A stretch of 47,446 bases of DNA from Candidatus Fervidifonticultor secundus (GTDB lineage Bacteria; Sysuimicrobiota; Sysuimicrobiia; Sysuimicrobiales; Humicultoraceae): the NCBI GenBank assembly GCA_031459385.1, contig JAVKIP010000022.1, positions 1 to 47,446 of the forward strand, given 5' to 3'. This document shows, one piece after another, positions 1-9,638 of the stretch (positions within the stretch are counted from its first letter, which is position 1; each line of letters opens with the position of its first letter). A program made the translations under genes and the position numbers. The notes below the pieces were generated by a model. That model worked only from the letters and a program-made list of their open reading frames with translations, was not told where the DNA came from and searched no databases.

Positions 1-2
1 CG

Positions 3-434
3 CTACCCCCTCAGGTAGGAGTAGTTGACCAACCACTGAACCCGGAACCGGTCCGTGAAGCTGCCGTAGTAGTCGCCCCACACCTGGTCGGCGATCGGCA
101 TCTCGATCTTCCCACCCGCCGAAAGCGCGTTGAAGATCCGGTCCGCCTCCTCCTTCGTCTCCGGATGGACGGAGATGTAGACGTTGTTACCCTGAACGAG
201 CGTCTGCCCGAGCGAGTCAAGGGTGTCGGAGGCCATCAGGACATCATCGCGACCGATGGGCAGGCTCACATGCATGATCTTGTCTTCTTCCCGCTGGCCA
301 ATCCGCACGCCATCAATCGGCATGTCCTTGAAGCGGACGAGCGACGTGAACTCCCCGCCGAAGACCGACCGGTAGAAGTTGAACGCCCCCTCGGCGTTCC
401 CCGCGAAATTCAGGTACGTGTGGAGTCTGAGCAT
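3..434 (-). CDS. VOC/PhnB-like (glyoxalase superfamily) protein
   Basis: Motifs YLNFAGNAEGAFNFY, IMHVSL, LMASD and MPIADQVWGDYYGSFTDRF are typical of PhnB/YjdN proteins. AGGAG RBS upstream and TGcTAGAAT extended -10 at 478-486 (minus). Confidence 0.9.
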   Translation of the reverse strand: MLRLHTYLNFAGNAEGAFNFYRSVFGGEFTSLVRFKDMPIDGVRIGQREEDKIMHVSLPIGRDDVLMASDTLDSLGQTLVQGNNVYISVHPETKEEADRIFNALSAGGKIEMPIADQVWGDYYGSFTDRFRVQWLVNYSYLRG

Positions 435-656
435 CGGCCATCAACTCCTAGCCGCTGGGTGTTGGGGCGGCGAAGGGATTCTAGCAGGAGCGGCGCGACC
501 GCGCCAGACGTGACAGCTCGCCCGAGGTCGCGGAGGCCTTCGCGCGCAGACCCATACGTGACGAACGGGCTGGTCACGCGCTGGCGGGTGCGGAAGTGGG
601 CCACCGTGATCGGCGAGTCGTGACAGCGCCGGGGGCCTGACGCGGGTGAATCGACC

Positions 657-1225
657 CTACGGGAACGCCGCGGGCGAGGAGAACGGTCGTCTCGCGTCGA
701 CCACGAACATAATCAGCTGGCGCAGGTCGGTCGAGCCGCAACTGGCGACCGTAAGCGGCGCATCGGCCTCTGTGCCTGCGGTGGCCTGACCGGCCGGGAT
801 GTGGATCAGTGCGTTCGGCGTCCGCACGCACGCCTCGCCTGCGACACGTAGAAGGCTTCGACCCCGGGATGAGTGTGCACCGTACTGATGCTGCCTGGGG
901 TGCCGGTGCCCTCGTTGATCCGGAGGAGATACTCCTGCGCCCGGACCGGCGGGAGCGGGCCGACTTCGACAACCTTTGTGCCTCCCGACATCCTCATCCC
1001 CATGGGACCCAGCGTGAACAGCCAGGTCCTGCCGAACGCCTCGGCGGCCAGGGCCCAAGAGCCGGCGGCCGCCTGTGCCTGGGGCAGGCTCGGAAAGGAA
1101 TCGATCCGCCAGTAGAGCTGCGGCCGTCCTGCCGGAAGCGCCGTCACCTTCTTCTCCGTCAGTGCCTTCGCCAGGAGCGTCCCCGGGACGACGGTTCCCG
1201 GGACGGAGTGCTGGGCCTGGTGCAT
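657..1225 (-). pseudogene. Cupin-domain protein, frameshifted
   Basis: One frame ends ...VHTHPGVEAFYV and another continues AGEACVRTP...LIMFVVDARRPFSSPAAFP. The minus strand reads TAC GTG TC GCA GGC GAG near 845, so one base is missing inside cupin motif 1. 5' end uncertain. Confidence 0.75.
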
Positions 1226-1311
1226 GAGTGGACCACGGTGCGCGACTGCCGCGGTCGAGAGAGAGTGCGTCTGATGGTGGCGGTGCCGGTCTTGATCGGC
1301 GGGGCGTTCCT

Positions 1312-1440
1312 TGGTCGCTGACGAGCCTGCAGCAGCGGCTGATGAAGACGGGGGACCGGCTGGTCAAACACGCGCGGTACTACTGGCTGCTGCTGGCTGA
1401 AGGGCACCTGACGCGGCGGCTGTTCGGCGCGATCGGGTAG
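1312..1440 (+). mobile_element. IS1380-family transposase C-terminal remnant
   Basis: WSLTSLQQRLMKTGDRLVKHARYYWLLLAEGHLTRRLFG resembles the conserved C-terminus of IS1380 transposases. No upstream transposase body is present. Confidence 0.75.
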
Positions 1441-1618
1441 CGGCTGACGGCGGTGTCGGTACCAGCGGGGGAGTAGCCACGCTCATGGCAGCCGTCTTGG
1501 GCCGGCCGGAGGCCGGTGAGGGGTAGGTGTCTGAGAAATCGGCTGCAAGCGCGGCCATGCTGAGTCGTGGGGTTCTCGGGAGGGGCCGAATGGGCTCGTC
1601 TGGGGGCCGCCGGGCCGG

Positions 1619-1883
1619 TGTGAGCGTCGGGTCCATTCTCCCCACTTCCCCCGCTGACCGGCGGGAGCAATTCGACGGCTGAGAGTTCGACCCGGTCGAG
1701 GATGATAGGTGGAAAGGCTGCGACATCAGGGCTGATCTCGGGCGCTTTCTCCTGCAGGGCCTCTACCGGTGTCTTCATGGCCAAGCCCTCATTCGGGCGG
1801 CCGAAGTTGTAGTACAGGATGTATCCAAAGAGCCGCTCCAGCATCTCCTCCTCAGTGGGCAGGGGTTCGAGGGTGTAAAATTC
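1619..1883 (-). pseudogene. 3' part of the IS481-like transposase
   Basis: EFYTLEPLPTEEEMLERLFGYILYYNFGRPNEGLAMKTP continues ...GRVEDEF once ISL3 is removed. YNxxRP...KTP is an integrase-core C-terminal motif. The ORF reads past the putative element end to 1380. Confidence 0.85.
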
Positions 1884-3216
1884 GGTTCATCCGGCAACAC
1901 CGGGGAACGCGTCCATGATCTTCAGGAAGAAGTAGTCGTCGTCCCGGTACCCGTAGGCCATGCGCTTGAGCACTTTGATCCTATTGTTGATCCCTTCGAG
2001 TAGACTCGTGTGCAGCGCGTAGCGGCAGTGGGCCAGGATGCCGTCCAGCTTGGCCTTGAGGTTGCGGGCGAAGGTCTTCAACGGCTCGATGCGGCTGCGG
2101 ATTGCCCGTTGGTACCATTCGTCGAAGAAACGCCGCGCGGCCCCCGGATAGATGTAGTCCCACAGGTGCTTGAGGTCGTCTTTGAGAACATAGACCGTGG
2201 CCAAGCGCCGGTTGACTGCCAGCAGCTCCCGCAACCGCACCCGGTCGTCGGGCGAGACGTTCTCGCGGTTACGGAGCAGCAGCCAGCGGGCTCCCTTGAT
2301 CACCTTCCGGGCCTGCCGGTCGCGGCGCACGCGGTGGGCCTCATCCACGCGCACGCGGTCGATCACCTCGCGGCCGTACTTGGCCACCACGTGGAACAGG
2401 TCGTAGACGATGGCCGCCTGGGGGCACCGGGCGCGCACTTCCTCCTCGTAGGCGGGGTTCATGTCCATGACCACAGCCTTCAGGCGCTGACACCCCTCTG
2501 GGCCCAGCAGGTCAAAGAAGGGGCGGATTTCCTCGCGGCCCCGGCCTCGGCCGACCCACAGCACCCGTTTCCGGTACGGGTCGACGATGACGGTGGCGTA
2601 GCGGTGACCGCGGCGCAGAGCGAACTCGTCCATCGCAATCACGGTGACCTCCGAGAGGTCCACGGGCAGCAGGCGGGCGCGGAGGGCAGCCAGGTCGAGG
2701 GTTTTGACCGTGTCCCAATCCAGACCGTAGCAGTCGGCCACATGTTGGATGGGCAGGACCCGGCACAGCCGGACGACGCTCTCGGCCAGGCGGGATGTGA
2801 CGCGCGCCCACGCCGAGAGCCAGGGCAGGGCCTCGATCTTTGGCCCGCAGGTGGGGCAGGCCACCCGGTAGCGTGGGAGCCAGACGTACGTGTGGGCGTC
2901 GAGAACCGGCAGGTCCCGCACGCACCGCAGCGTGACCTCGCGGACCTGCCGGCGTTCCTGGCCGCAGCCCGAGCATCGGAACGTCGGCTTGGCGCGGACG
3001 AGCCGGATCTCCACGCGGGCAGGGCTGGTGCCCTCGGGGGATACACGGTGCACAGCACTTACGGTGTAGCCTTCCCACCCAGTGAGCAGGGCGGTAGAGT
3101 GGTCTTGAGGCAAGGTGACAGATCCCTCCCCGAGCGAATGTGTGACATTACATCGTCGAGGATACGGGTGAGTCGCCTTGCCTTCAACTCTCAGCCCCGG
3201 TTTCACCTGATGAACC
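1884..3216 (-). mobile_element. ISL3-family insertion sequence, 1333 bp, apparently intact
   Basis: 22-bp imperfect terminal IRs GGTTCATCCGGCAACACCGGGG / GGTTCATCAGGTGAAACCGGGG (18/22 match). Flanked by TAAAATTC (1876-1883) and TAAAAATTC (3217-3225), a near-perfect AT-rich 8-bp target duplication. Confidence 0.93.
1887..3113 (-). CDS. ISL3-family transposase
   Basis: Zinc finger CSGC...CPTC, then MDEFA, VMDM, YDLFHVV and LEGINNRIKVLKRMAYGYRD. TTG start at 3113 follows a GGAGGG RBS; the ORF is open to 3206. Confidence 0.95.
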   Translation of the reverse strand: MPQDHSTALLTGWEGYTVSAVHRVSPEGTSPARVEIRLVRAKPTFRCSGCGQERRQVREVTLRCVRDLPVLDAHTYVWLPRYRVACPTCGPKIEALPWLSAWARVTSRLAESVVRLCRVLPIQHVADCYGLDWDTVKTLDLAALRARLLPVDLSEVTVIAMDEFALRRGHRYATVIVDPYRKRVLWVGRGRGREEIRPFFDLLGPEGCQRLKAVVMDMNPAYEEEVRARCPQAAIVYDLFHVVAKYGREVIDRVRVDEAHRVRRDRQARKVIKGARWLLLRNRENVSPDDRVRLRELLAVNRRLATVYVLKDDLKHLWDYIYPGAARRFFDEWYQRAIRSRIEPLKTFARNLKAKLDGILAHCRYALHTSLLEGINNRIKVLKRMAYGYRDDDYFFLKIMDAFPGVAG

Positions 3217-4062
3217 TAAAAATTCATCCTCGACCCGTCCATGGAAGTTCTCGACCATGCCATTGAAGCGCGGCGCTCGAACCGGGATGGTGAGGTGGCG
3301 GGCGCCGTAGCGTTGCTCGACGAGGCGGGTGAAGGCGGAGGCGCGCTTGGCCTCGACGTGGCCGATGAATTCGCTGCCATTGTCGGTCTGCAGGGTGAGC
3401 TGCGTCACGTCGACGCCGTGGCGGAGGAGGTGCTGGAGGAGCAGGTGGGCAAAGCGCAGGGAGTTGATCTCCGAGCGCTCATAGGCCAGGCAGACGTAGG
3501 CGATCCCGGTGGTGACATCTTTGGCCGTGTATTCGACGCCGGGGAGCTGCTTGGCCTGAATGGCTGGGAGCAGCACGGGGATATCGTCGAGGTCTTTGGT
3601 GTCGACCTGAAGCTTCTCGAAGGCGCGCATGACTTTGCGGACCTCGGTGGCGAGCCGGCGGCGCTGCCAGCGCTTCGGGCGGCGCTTGATCAGGCCATGG
3701 GCGTGGAGGATCCGGTTGATGGTCGCGGTGGAGCGATGGATCCCGCGACGAGCGAGCAGCGCCTGGATCTTGTCCTGGCCCAGGCGAGGATTTCGGCGGC
3801 GCAGGCGGACGACCTCGTGCTCGATGGGTGGCGGGGTCTTGTGAGGTGGGGCGTGGCCGGGCCGCCGGCGGTCGACCAGAGCCTTCCAGCCGCCCTGGCG
3901 GTAGCGCCGGACCCAGGACCGGACGGTCTTGCGATCGCAGCCGAAGGCGCGGGCGGTGAGGGAGACGTTGCGGTGCTCGAGATAGTACTGGACGAGGCGC
4001 TGGCGAACGCCTTGGGGATGGCGGGAGTCGGCGATGCGTGCACGGTAGGTCTCCGGGGGCAT
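3217..4062 (-). pseudogene. 5' part of the IS481-like transposase (HTH + rve core)
   Basis: ATG 4062 with GAGGTG RBS. HTH VSLTARAFGCDRKTVRSWVRRY; DDE residues in QVDTK, QTDNGSEF and NGMVENFH. Cut by ISL3 at EDEF. Confidence 0.9.
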
Positions 4063-4202
4063 CTCACACCTCGATGAAGGGTCGGAGATTGATGCGATGT
4101 TGCTCACCCAGAAGATAGGCTGGGGGTGGGGAGCTTTGACCCGACGAGTCCCGGGGGGGGCCGGGCTGGAGCCTTCCAATGGAAGGGGGCCAGGATGTAC
4201 GG

Positions 4203-5048
4203 CACAATGACCTGCCCGCCTGGCACCCCAGCGGCGAGTACATCCTCTTCCAGTCCCAGGATCCCGCGCTCGATCTGCCGGTCGGGGACCGGCTGGAGGC
4301 GTACCTCACCCAGGGCGGCGCCGGCCTGAACCACAACCTGTGGTTCATCACCCGGGACGGCCGCCGGGCCTGGCAACTCACCCGCGTCCGGACGGGCGAG
4401 GCCAGCCTCCACCCGCACGTCAGCCCCGACGGGCGTACCGTCTTCTGGGCGGCGCGCGTCCAGGAGGGGCGGCGCAAGGTCTGGGCGCTGCGCCTGGCCG
4501 ACCTGGTGCTGGACGGCGGTGAGCCCCGCCTGACCAACGTGCGCACGCTGCGTCCGCGTGGCGACCCCGCGACCTTCTACGAGAGCCACGGCTTTGCGCC
4601 CGACGGGCACACGGTGATCTTCTCGGCGAGCATCGGCCGCGCCCGCCCCTTCGAACTGGACATCTGGACGCTAGACCTGCGCACGGGCCGGCTGCGGAAC
4701 CTGACGAACACGCCCGGGGAGTGGGACGAGCACGCCCAGATCGCGCCGGACGGCCGCACCATCGCGTGGATGACCAACCGGGGCTACCCGGTGCCCGTGC
4801 GCGACTTCTCCCGCTACGGCGCCACGCTGCACACCGACTACTGGCTGATGGACGCCGACGGCGGCCAGCAGCGGCGGCTGACCTTCTTCAACGAGCCGGG
4901 CGCCACGGAGTACGCCGGCGGCCGCACCATCGTGGCCGACAGCGCGTGGAACCGTGCGGGTGATGCCCTGGTGGCCACGATGATCGTCTTCGCCGGCCGG
5001 CAGCCCAAGCGGCGTATCGTCCGGCTGGACCTGGCACTGCGTCGCTAA
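4203..5048 (+). pseudogene. TolB-like PD40 beta-propeller protein, probably 5'-truncated by the IS
   Basis: PD40-type repeats PAWHPSG, PHVSPDGR, GFAPDGH and AQIAPDGRTIAW. The ORF starts mid-repeat at the IS end and has no signal peptide. Confidence 0.7.
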
Positions 5049-5437
5049 CCGGCAGCCCGTTGATGTCTGCTCCCGCGCCGCCGCCAGGGCTACGGGCTCT
5101 GTCGTCACAGGCACGATGGCCGATCGTCTGGCGGGTGCTCGTGACTGGCGCTCCACTTCGTGAAAAAGGGTCGGGCGGCGGCCGCGGAGTCCGGAGTCGT
5201 TGATCCCACCCGCGACCCGAGCGCCAGCCTCCGCCCGGAGACCTGCCGACCCCGCGGCTGGCCCAGTCCCGTGCCGGGGTGTTATCCTGCGGGCGCGGCA
5301 CACAGAAAACACATCCTGAACCGGGGATTTGTGCGAAGTGGGTATCCACCTGTCAAGCCATTTGTGATTGTTACCCAACCCGGCATCATCGCGCCATCTA
5401 CGGTGTTACCCGGGCAAGGTGGGGAGTAGAGGATACG

Positions 5438-6264
5438 GAGGTCTGTGCCACCACCGGCTACCACCGCAAGGCCGCGATCCGTGTCTTGACCCGGCCGCCC
5501 CGTCCCGCCTCGGCGCGGCGCCGCGGCCGCCCGTCCCCCTACACCCCCCGGCTCCTCACCGTCCTGGGGTACATTTGGGAGGCCGCCGGCTACCCGTGGT
5601 CGGTCCGGCTCAAGGCCCTCCTGCCTCTCTGGCTGCCCTGGGCGAAGCAGCACGTTGCCATCTCCCCCCAGATGGAGCGCCACCTCCACATCATCAGCCC
5701 CAGCACGATCGATCGCCACCTCCGTCAGAAAAAACAGCGGCTGCGCCGCCGCCTCTACGGGCGCACGAAACCAGGCACCCTGCTCAAGCACCACATCCCT
5801 GTCAAGACCCAGCATTGGGATGTCACTGTCCCCGGCTTTACCGAGGTCGACCTGGTCTCCCATTCCGGCGACTCCGCCGCCGGCGACTTCATCCAGTCGC
5901 TCAATCTCACCGACATCTACTCCGGGTGGGTCGAGACCCGGGCCGTCATGGGCAAGACCAGACCGCGGTGGGCGCCGCCGTGGACGACATGCGGGCCATG
6001 CTGCCCTTTCCGTTGCGGGGCCTCGACTCCGACAACGGCGCCGAATTCATCAACCTCCATCTCTTCCGCTACTGTGAGGCCCGCGCGATTCAGTTCACCC
6101 GTGGCCGGCCCTACAAGAAAGACGACAATGCCCATATCGAGCAGAAAAACTGGACGCATGTCCGCCGGCTCCTGGGCTGGCACCGCTACGATTCCCCGCA
6201 GGCGCTGGCCGCGATCAACGACCTCTACCGGCACGAACTCCGGCTCATGATGAACCTGTTTCAG
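5438..6264 (+). pseudogene. Integrase-core (ISNCY/IS481-like) transposase, truncated at both ends and frameshifted
   Basis: EVCATTGYHRKAAIRVL, ISPSTIDRHL, PGFTEVDLVSH and TDIYSGW, then one base missing near 5957, then LDSDNGAEFIN and FTRGRPYKKDDNAHIEQKN. Stops at NLFQ. Confidence 0.85.
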
Positions 6265-6419
6265 GTAAAAAAAACGGCGCGCGTCCCCACGGTTCCCCAA
6301 GTCCGGGCGGCACTCCAGTACCTGCTGAAAACGTGGTCAGGATACTGCATCGTGTGCGGCCAAGCCGTCCCCAGCGTCGTCAAAGATGACTCTTCCTAGA
6401 CATGACGTAGTAGTACTAG
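6265..6419 (+). mobile_element. IS701-like right-end remnant
   Basis: KKTARVPTVPQVRAALQYLL..GYCIVCGQ resembles an IS701 transposase C-terminus. It is followed by ATGACGTAGTAGTA-CTAG, which resembles an IS701 terminus plus CTAG target. Confidence 0.6.
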
Positions 6420-6961
6420 GCGAACGAGACCCGCACCGGCTCCCGGGCCGCCTCCTCCATCGCGAAGTAGTCCCGCTCCCCGAAGCCGAACTGGCGGGCC
6501 ATGACGTTGGTCGGAAAGCTCTGCAGGGACGTGTTGTAGCGCATCACCGTGTCGTTGTAGAACTGCCGCGCGAAGGCGATCTTGCTCTCGGTGCCCGCCA
6601 GCTCTTCCTGGAGCTGCATGAAGTTCTCGCTGGCGCGCAGCTGCGGGTAGTTCTCGGCCACGGCGAACAGGCTGCGCAGGGCCTGGGTCAGCATGTTCTC
6701 GGCCTGGCCCTGGTCGCGTACCGTGCCCGCGGCGATCGCGCGGGCCCGCGCCTCGGTGACCCGTTCGAACACCTCCCGTTCGTGGGCGGCGTAGCCCTTG
6801 ACGGTCTCCACCAGGCTGGGAATCAGATCGTACCGGCGGCGCAGCTGGACGTCGATCTGGGACCACGCGTTGTCCACCCGGTTGCGGAGCAGGACCAGCC
6901 GGTTGTAGGTGACGACCAGCCACAGCACCACCAGGGCGACGAGCCCGATGACGTAGACCAC
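6416..6961 (-). CDS. lemA: LemA family protein
   Basis: N-terminal TM helix, [57 protein letters not shown] start after GGGAGGT. Confidence 0.96.
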   Translation of the reverse strand: MVYVIGLVALVVLWLVVTYNRLVLLRNRVDNAWSQIDVQLRRRYDLIPSLVETVKGYAAHEREVFERVTEARARAIAAGTVRDQGQAENMLTQALRSLFAVAENYPQLRASENFMQLQEELAGTESKIAFARQFYNDTVMRYNTSLQSFPTNVMARQFGFGERDYFAMEEAAREPVRVSFA

Positions 6962-7092
6962 ACGGCACCTCCCTACCCCTGCCGGGGGCGGCGTGGAGCC
7001 GGACCTCAGGCTGAACCCGGTCCGTCCACTGAGTTCGCGCCCGGCGGCGCGCGCTCCCCTGCGCGAACCGCCCGACACCCCGTGACTGGGTC

Positions 7093-7101
7093 TGGTATAA
7101 T
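7093..7101 (+). promoter_or_regulatory. Extended -10 promoter (TGgTATAAT) for the DUF151 gene
   Basis: Perfect TGnTATAAT in a GC-rich background, 36 nt before the start at 7138. Confidence 0.7.
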
Positions 7102-7137
7102 GACCCTAAGGTCAGCCCAGAGAAAGGGGTATCCGCC

Positions 7138-7647
7138 GTGCGCCTGATGCGAGTGCGTCGCGTCGCCCTCGATCAGCAGAACAACCCGGTGGTGCTGCTC
7201 GTCGACGAAGACGAGACGATCGCCCTGCCCATCTGGATTGGCCAGGCCGAGGCCATGGCGATCGCCATGCGCCTTCAGAGCGTCCAGCCGCCGCGGCCGA
7301 TGACCCATGACCTGCTGGCCAGAGTGCTCGAGCAACTCGCCACCAAGGTCTTGAAGGTCGTGGTCTCCGATGTGCGCGACGCGACCTACTACGCCGAGAT
7401 CCACCTGTCCCGCAACGGCGCCGCCTATGTGATCGACTCGCGGCCCAGCGACGCCATCGCGCTGGCGCTGCGGGCCGACGCGCCTATCTTCGTGGAGGAC
7501 AAGGTGGCTGCTCAGGCCATCTCGCTGCGCCGGCTGCCCTCGGAGGGCGAGGAGCGGGCCGAGGAGGAAGGCGAACTCGACCCGCAGGAGTTTCGCAAGT
7601 TCCTCGAGCGCGTCAAGCCCGACGACTTCCGCCGGACCGTGCACTGA
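7138..7647 (+). CDS. Bifunctional nuclease family protein (DUF151)
   Basis: LPIWIGQAEAMAI, PRPMTHDLL, IDSRPSDAIALALR and FRKFLERVKPDDF. Confidence 0.95.
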   Translation: MRLMRVRRVALDQQNNPVVLLVDEDETIALPIWIGQAEAMAIAMRLQSVQPPRPMTHDLLARVLEQLATKVLKVVVSDVRDATYYAEIHLSRNGAAYVIDSRPSDAIALALRADAPIFVEDKVAAQAISLRRLPSEGEERAEEEGELDPQEFRKFLERVKPDDFRRTVH

Positions 7648-7752
7648 CCGCTTGACGACCGGCGCGTGGTCTACGGGGCCCGGGGTGCACCGCGCGCCAC
7701 TCCCGGCGCCCGCGCGCCCCGGGTGGCGTACAGTCGGCACCCGGCAGGGTGG

Positions 7753-8433
7753 TCACGCGTCCTGCGCCGGCCGATCGCCCTCGAGCGCGAGATAGACCTC
7801 ACCGGCCAGCGCCGGGCCGATGCGGCGCGGGTGCCCTTCCACCCGGATCTCCACGCCACGGCGCCCCGCGGCCACCACCTCCACCGGCGCGCCCGGCACC
7901 AGGCCGGCGGCCGCCAGCTCGCGTACGGTGTCGGCGTCCCGGTCGTTCACGCGCGTCACGGTCCCGCGCTGGCCCGCTCTGGCATCGGCGAGGACGACGC
8001 CCCCTGCCGGGGCCACCGCGCCCTCACGGGTCGGGATCGGGTGGCCGTGGGGGTCCACCGCAGGCTCGCCCAGTGCCTCCGCGATGCGGTCCTCCAGATC
8101 CTCCGAGAGGGCGTGCTCTAGGCGGTCGGCTTCCCCGTGCACCCGGTCCAGGCGGACGCCCAGGTACCTGCTGAGGTAGAGCTCGAGCAGCCGGTGGTGG
8201 CGGATGACTTCCAGCGCCACCTTCTGGCCGGCCTCGGTGAGCTCGACGCCGTGGTACGGCGTGTGGCGGACCAGGCGCAGCCGCGCCAGCCGCTTGAGCA
8301 TGTTGGTGACCGAAGCCGGCGCCACGGCCAGCTCCTGGGCCAGACGTGTGGTGGTCACCGGGCGCTCGCGCTCGGCGAGGCGGTAGATCGTCTTGAGGTA
8401 GTCCTCGACCGCCTGGCTCAGTGGTGCCGGCAT
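7753..8433 (-). CDS. mntR: DtxR/MntR-family metal-dependent repressor with C-terminal FeoA/SH3 domain
   Basis: EDYLKTIY, VAPASVTNMLKRL, RHHRLLELYL, EADRLEHALS and DPHGHPIP. ATG at 8433. Confidence 0.93.
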   Translation of the reverse strand: MPAPLSQAVEDYLKTIYRLAERERPVTTTRLAQELAVAPASVTNMLKRLARLRLVRHTPYHGVELTEAGQKVALEVIRHHRLLELYLSRYLGVRLDRVHGEADRLEHALSEDLEDRIAEALGEPAVDPHGHPIPTREGAVAPAGGVVLADARAGQRGTVTRVNDRDADTVRELAAAGLVPGAPVEVVAAGRRGVEIRVEGHPRRIGPALAGEVYLALEGDRPAQDA

Positions 8434-8465
8434 GCCCCGTCTCCGATCGCGTGCATCGCGGTCCG

Positions 8466-9638
8466 TCAGGCCACGAACAGCCCTGTCAGATACATGACCG
8501 CCAGGCCCACGGCAAACCCCGCGAAGTTGGTGGCGGTCATGAGTTCCTCCCCCGCCTGCCGCACCATGAGCCGGCCGAGCTCGTAGACCACCTGGAAGAT
8601 CGCCCCCGCGCCGATGGCCAGGAACAAAGTGGCGGCCACGGGGGAGTAGGTGAAGCCCCCGAGCCATGCCCCCAGGATCGTCGGAGCGCCGGCCAGCATC
8701 CCCATCGACGCCAGGTGCATCATGGCCGGGCGGTCCCGGGCGATGGGGGCCACGATCCCCAGCCCCTCGGTGGTATTGTGCAGCATGAACCCCAGCACCA
8801 GGAACGTGCCAAGCCTGATCTCGCCCACGGCGTAGGCCGCGCCGATGGCCAGACCTTCCCCCAGGTTGTGCAGCCCGATGCCCAGCGCGATGAGATACGC
8901 CAGCACCAGGCGTCCCGTCGCGTCGTCGCCTGCGGCCCGCGTGGTCCGCCGCACGACCAGCGTCAGCCCCAGCAGCGTCCCCAGGGCGCCCAGCGTCACC
9001 AGCGCGGTGCCCTGCAGCGCCTCGGGTACGCCCGCCCGCAGCTCCAGCGCCTCCTCCAGGGCGTCGACGCCCAGGAACACCAGCAGCCCCCCGGTCAGGC
9101 TCAGGAAGAAGTTCGTCCACCGCCGGCCCATGCGCCGGAGGAACGGAAACCACAGCAACCCGACGAAGACCGGGACCACGCCGACGTAAGTGCCCAGGAG
9201 GGTGAAGGTCGCCAGGTAGCGGGCGTCGGGCGCCGGCGAGGCCACGGCGACGGGCACCTCGTGCTCGATCGTCAGGCCGGTGCTCGTGAGGAGTTTGATC
9301 GCCACGGGCTCCCCCTCCACCCACGGATAGGGGACGACGATCGTGGCCCGCCCCAGGCGCGGGATCGTGCGGTCCGGCGTGATCGTGTGCTGCCAGTACG
9401 CATCGTCCATCAGCACCTGGGCCACCGTCACCGGCTCCGGCCCGCCGTTGGTCACGTGCAGGACGACCTCGCCGTCGCGCAGGACGACCCGCTCGACGGT
9501 CAGCTTCTCCACCGGCGGAAAAGCCGCTTCGAAGATCCCCAGCGGCCCATGGCGCAGGAACAGCACCACGAAGACCGCAAGCAGCGCCAGCGGGCCCAGG
9601 CCGTAGAGCAGGAGGCGGCGGTGGTCAGACGGCGCCAT
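8466..9638 (-). CDS. ZIP (ZupT/GufA) metal transporter with N-terminal extracytoplasmic domain
   Basis: TM4 GIGLHNLGEGLAIG and TM5 GFMLHNTTEGLGI. Overlaps the upstream oxidase gene by 14 nt. Confidence 0.9.
   Translation of the reverse strand: MAPSDHRRLLLYGLGPLALLAVFVVLFLRHGPLGIFEAAFPPVEKLTVERVVLRDGEVVLHVTNGGPEPVTVAQVLMDDAYWQHTITPDRTIPRLGRATIVVPYPWVEGEPVAIKLLTSTGLTIEHEVPVAVASPAPDARYLATFTLLGTYVGVVPVFVGLLWFPFLRRMGRRWTNFFLSLTGGLLVFLGVDALEEALELRAGVPEALQGTALVTLGALGTLLGLTLVVRRTTRAAGDDATGRLVLAYLIALGIGLHNLGEGLAIGAAYAVGEIRLGTFLVLGFMLHNTTEGLGIVAPIARDRPAMMHLASMGMLAGAPTILGAWLGGFTYSPVAATLFLAIGAGAIFQVVYELGRLMVRQAGEELMTATNFAGFAVGLAVMYLTGLFVA

Larger units (their letters stand above)
1619..4212 (-). mobile_element. 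IS481-like insertion sequence interrupted by ISL3 (ends approximate)
   Basis: HTH + rve transposase in two pieces. Left end TGTGAGCGTCGGGTCCATTCTCCCC at 1619; a weakly complementary right end lies near 4206-4212. No target duplication seen. Confidence 0.65.

Noticed and set aside
1677..3196. 11-bp inverted match AACTCTCAGCC between the IS481-like and ISL3 sequences
   Set aside because: It is short and not at the element termini, so it is probably chance.
5139..5152. CGTGACTGGCG resembling the 5' end of a ZTP (pfl) riboswitch
   Set aside because: The following GGUGG..CCAC.GGGAGC and the 3' CGCCUGGGC pseudoknot elements are missing, and no purine/folate gene follows.
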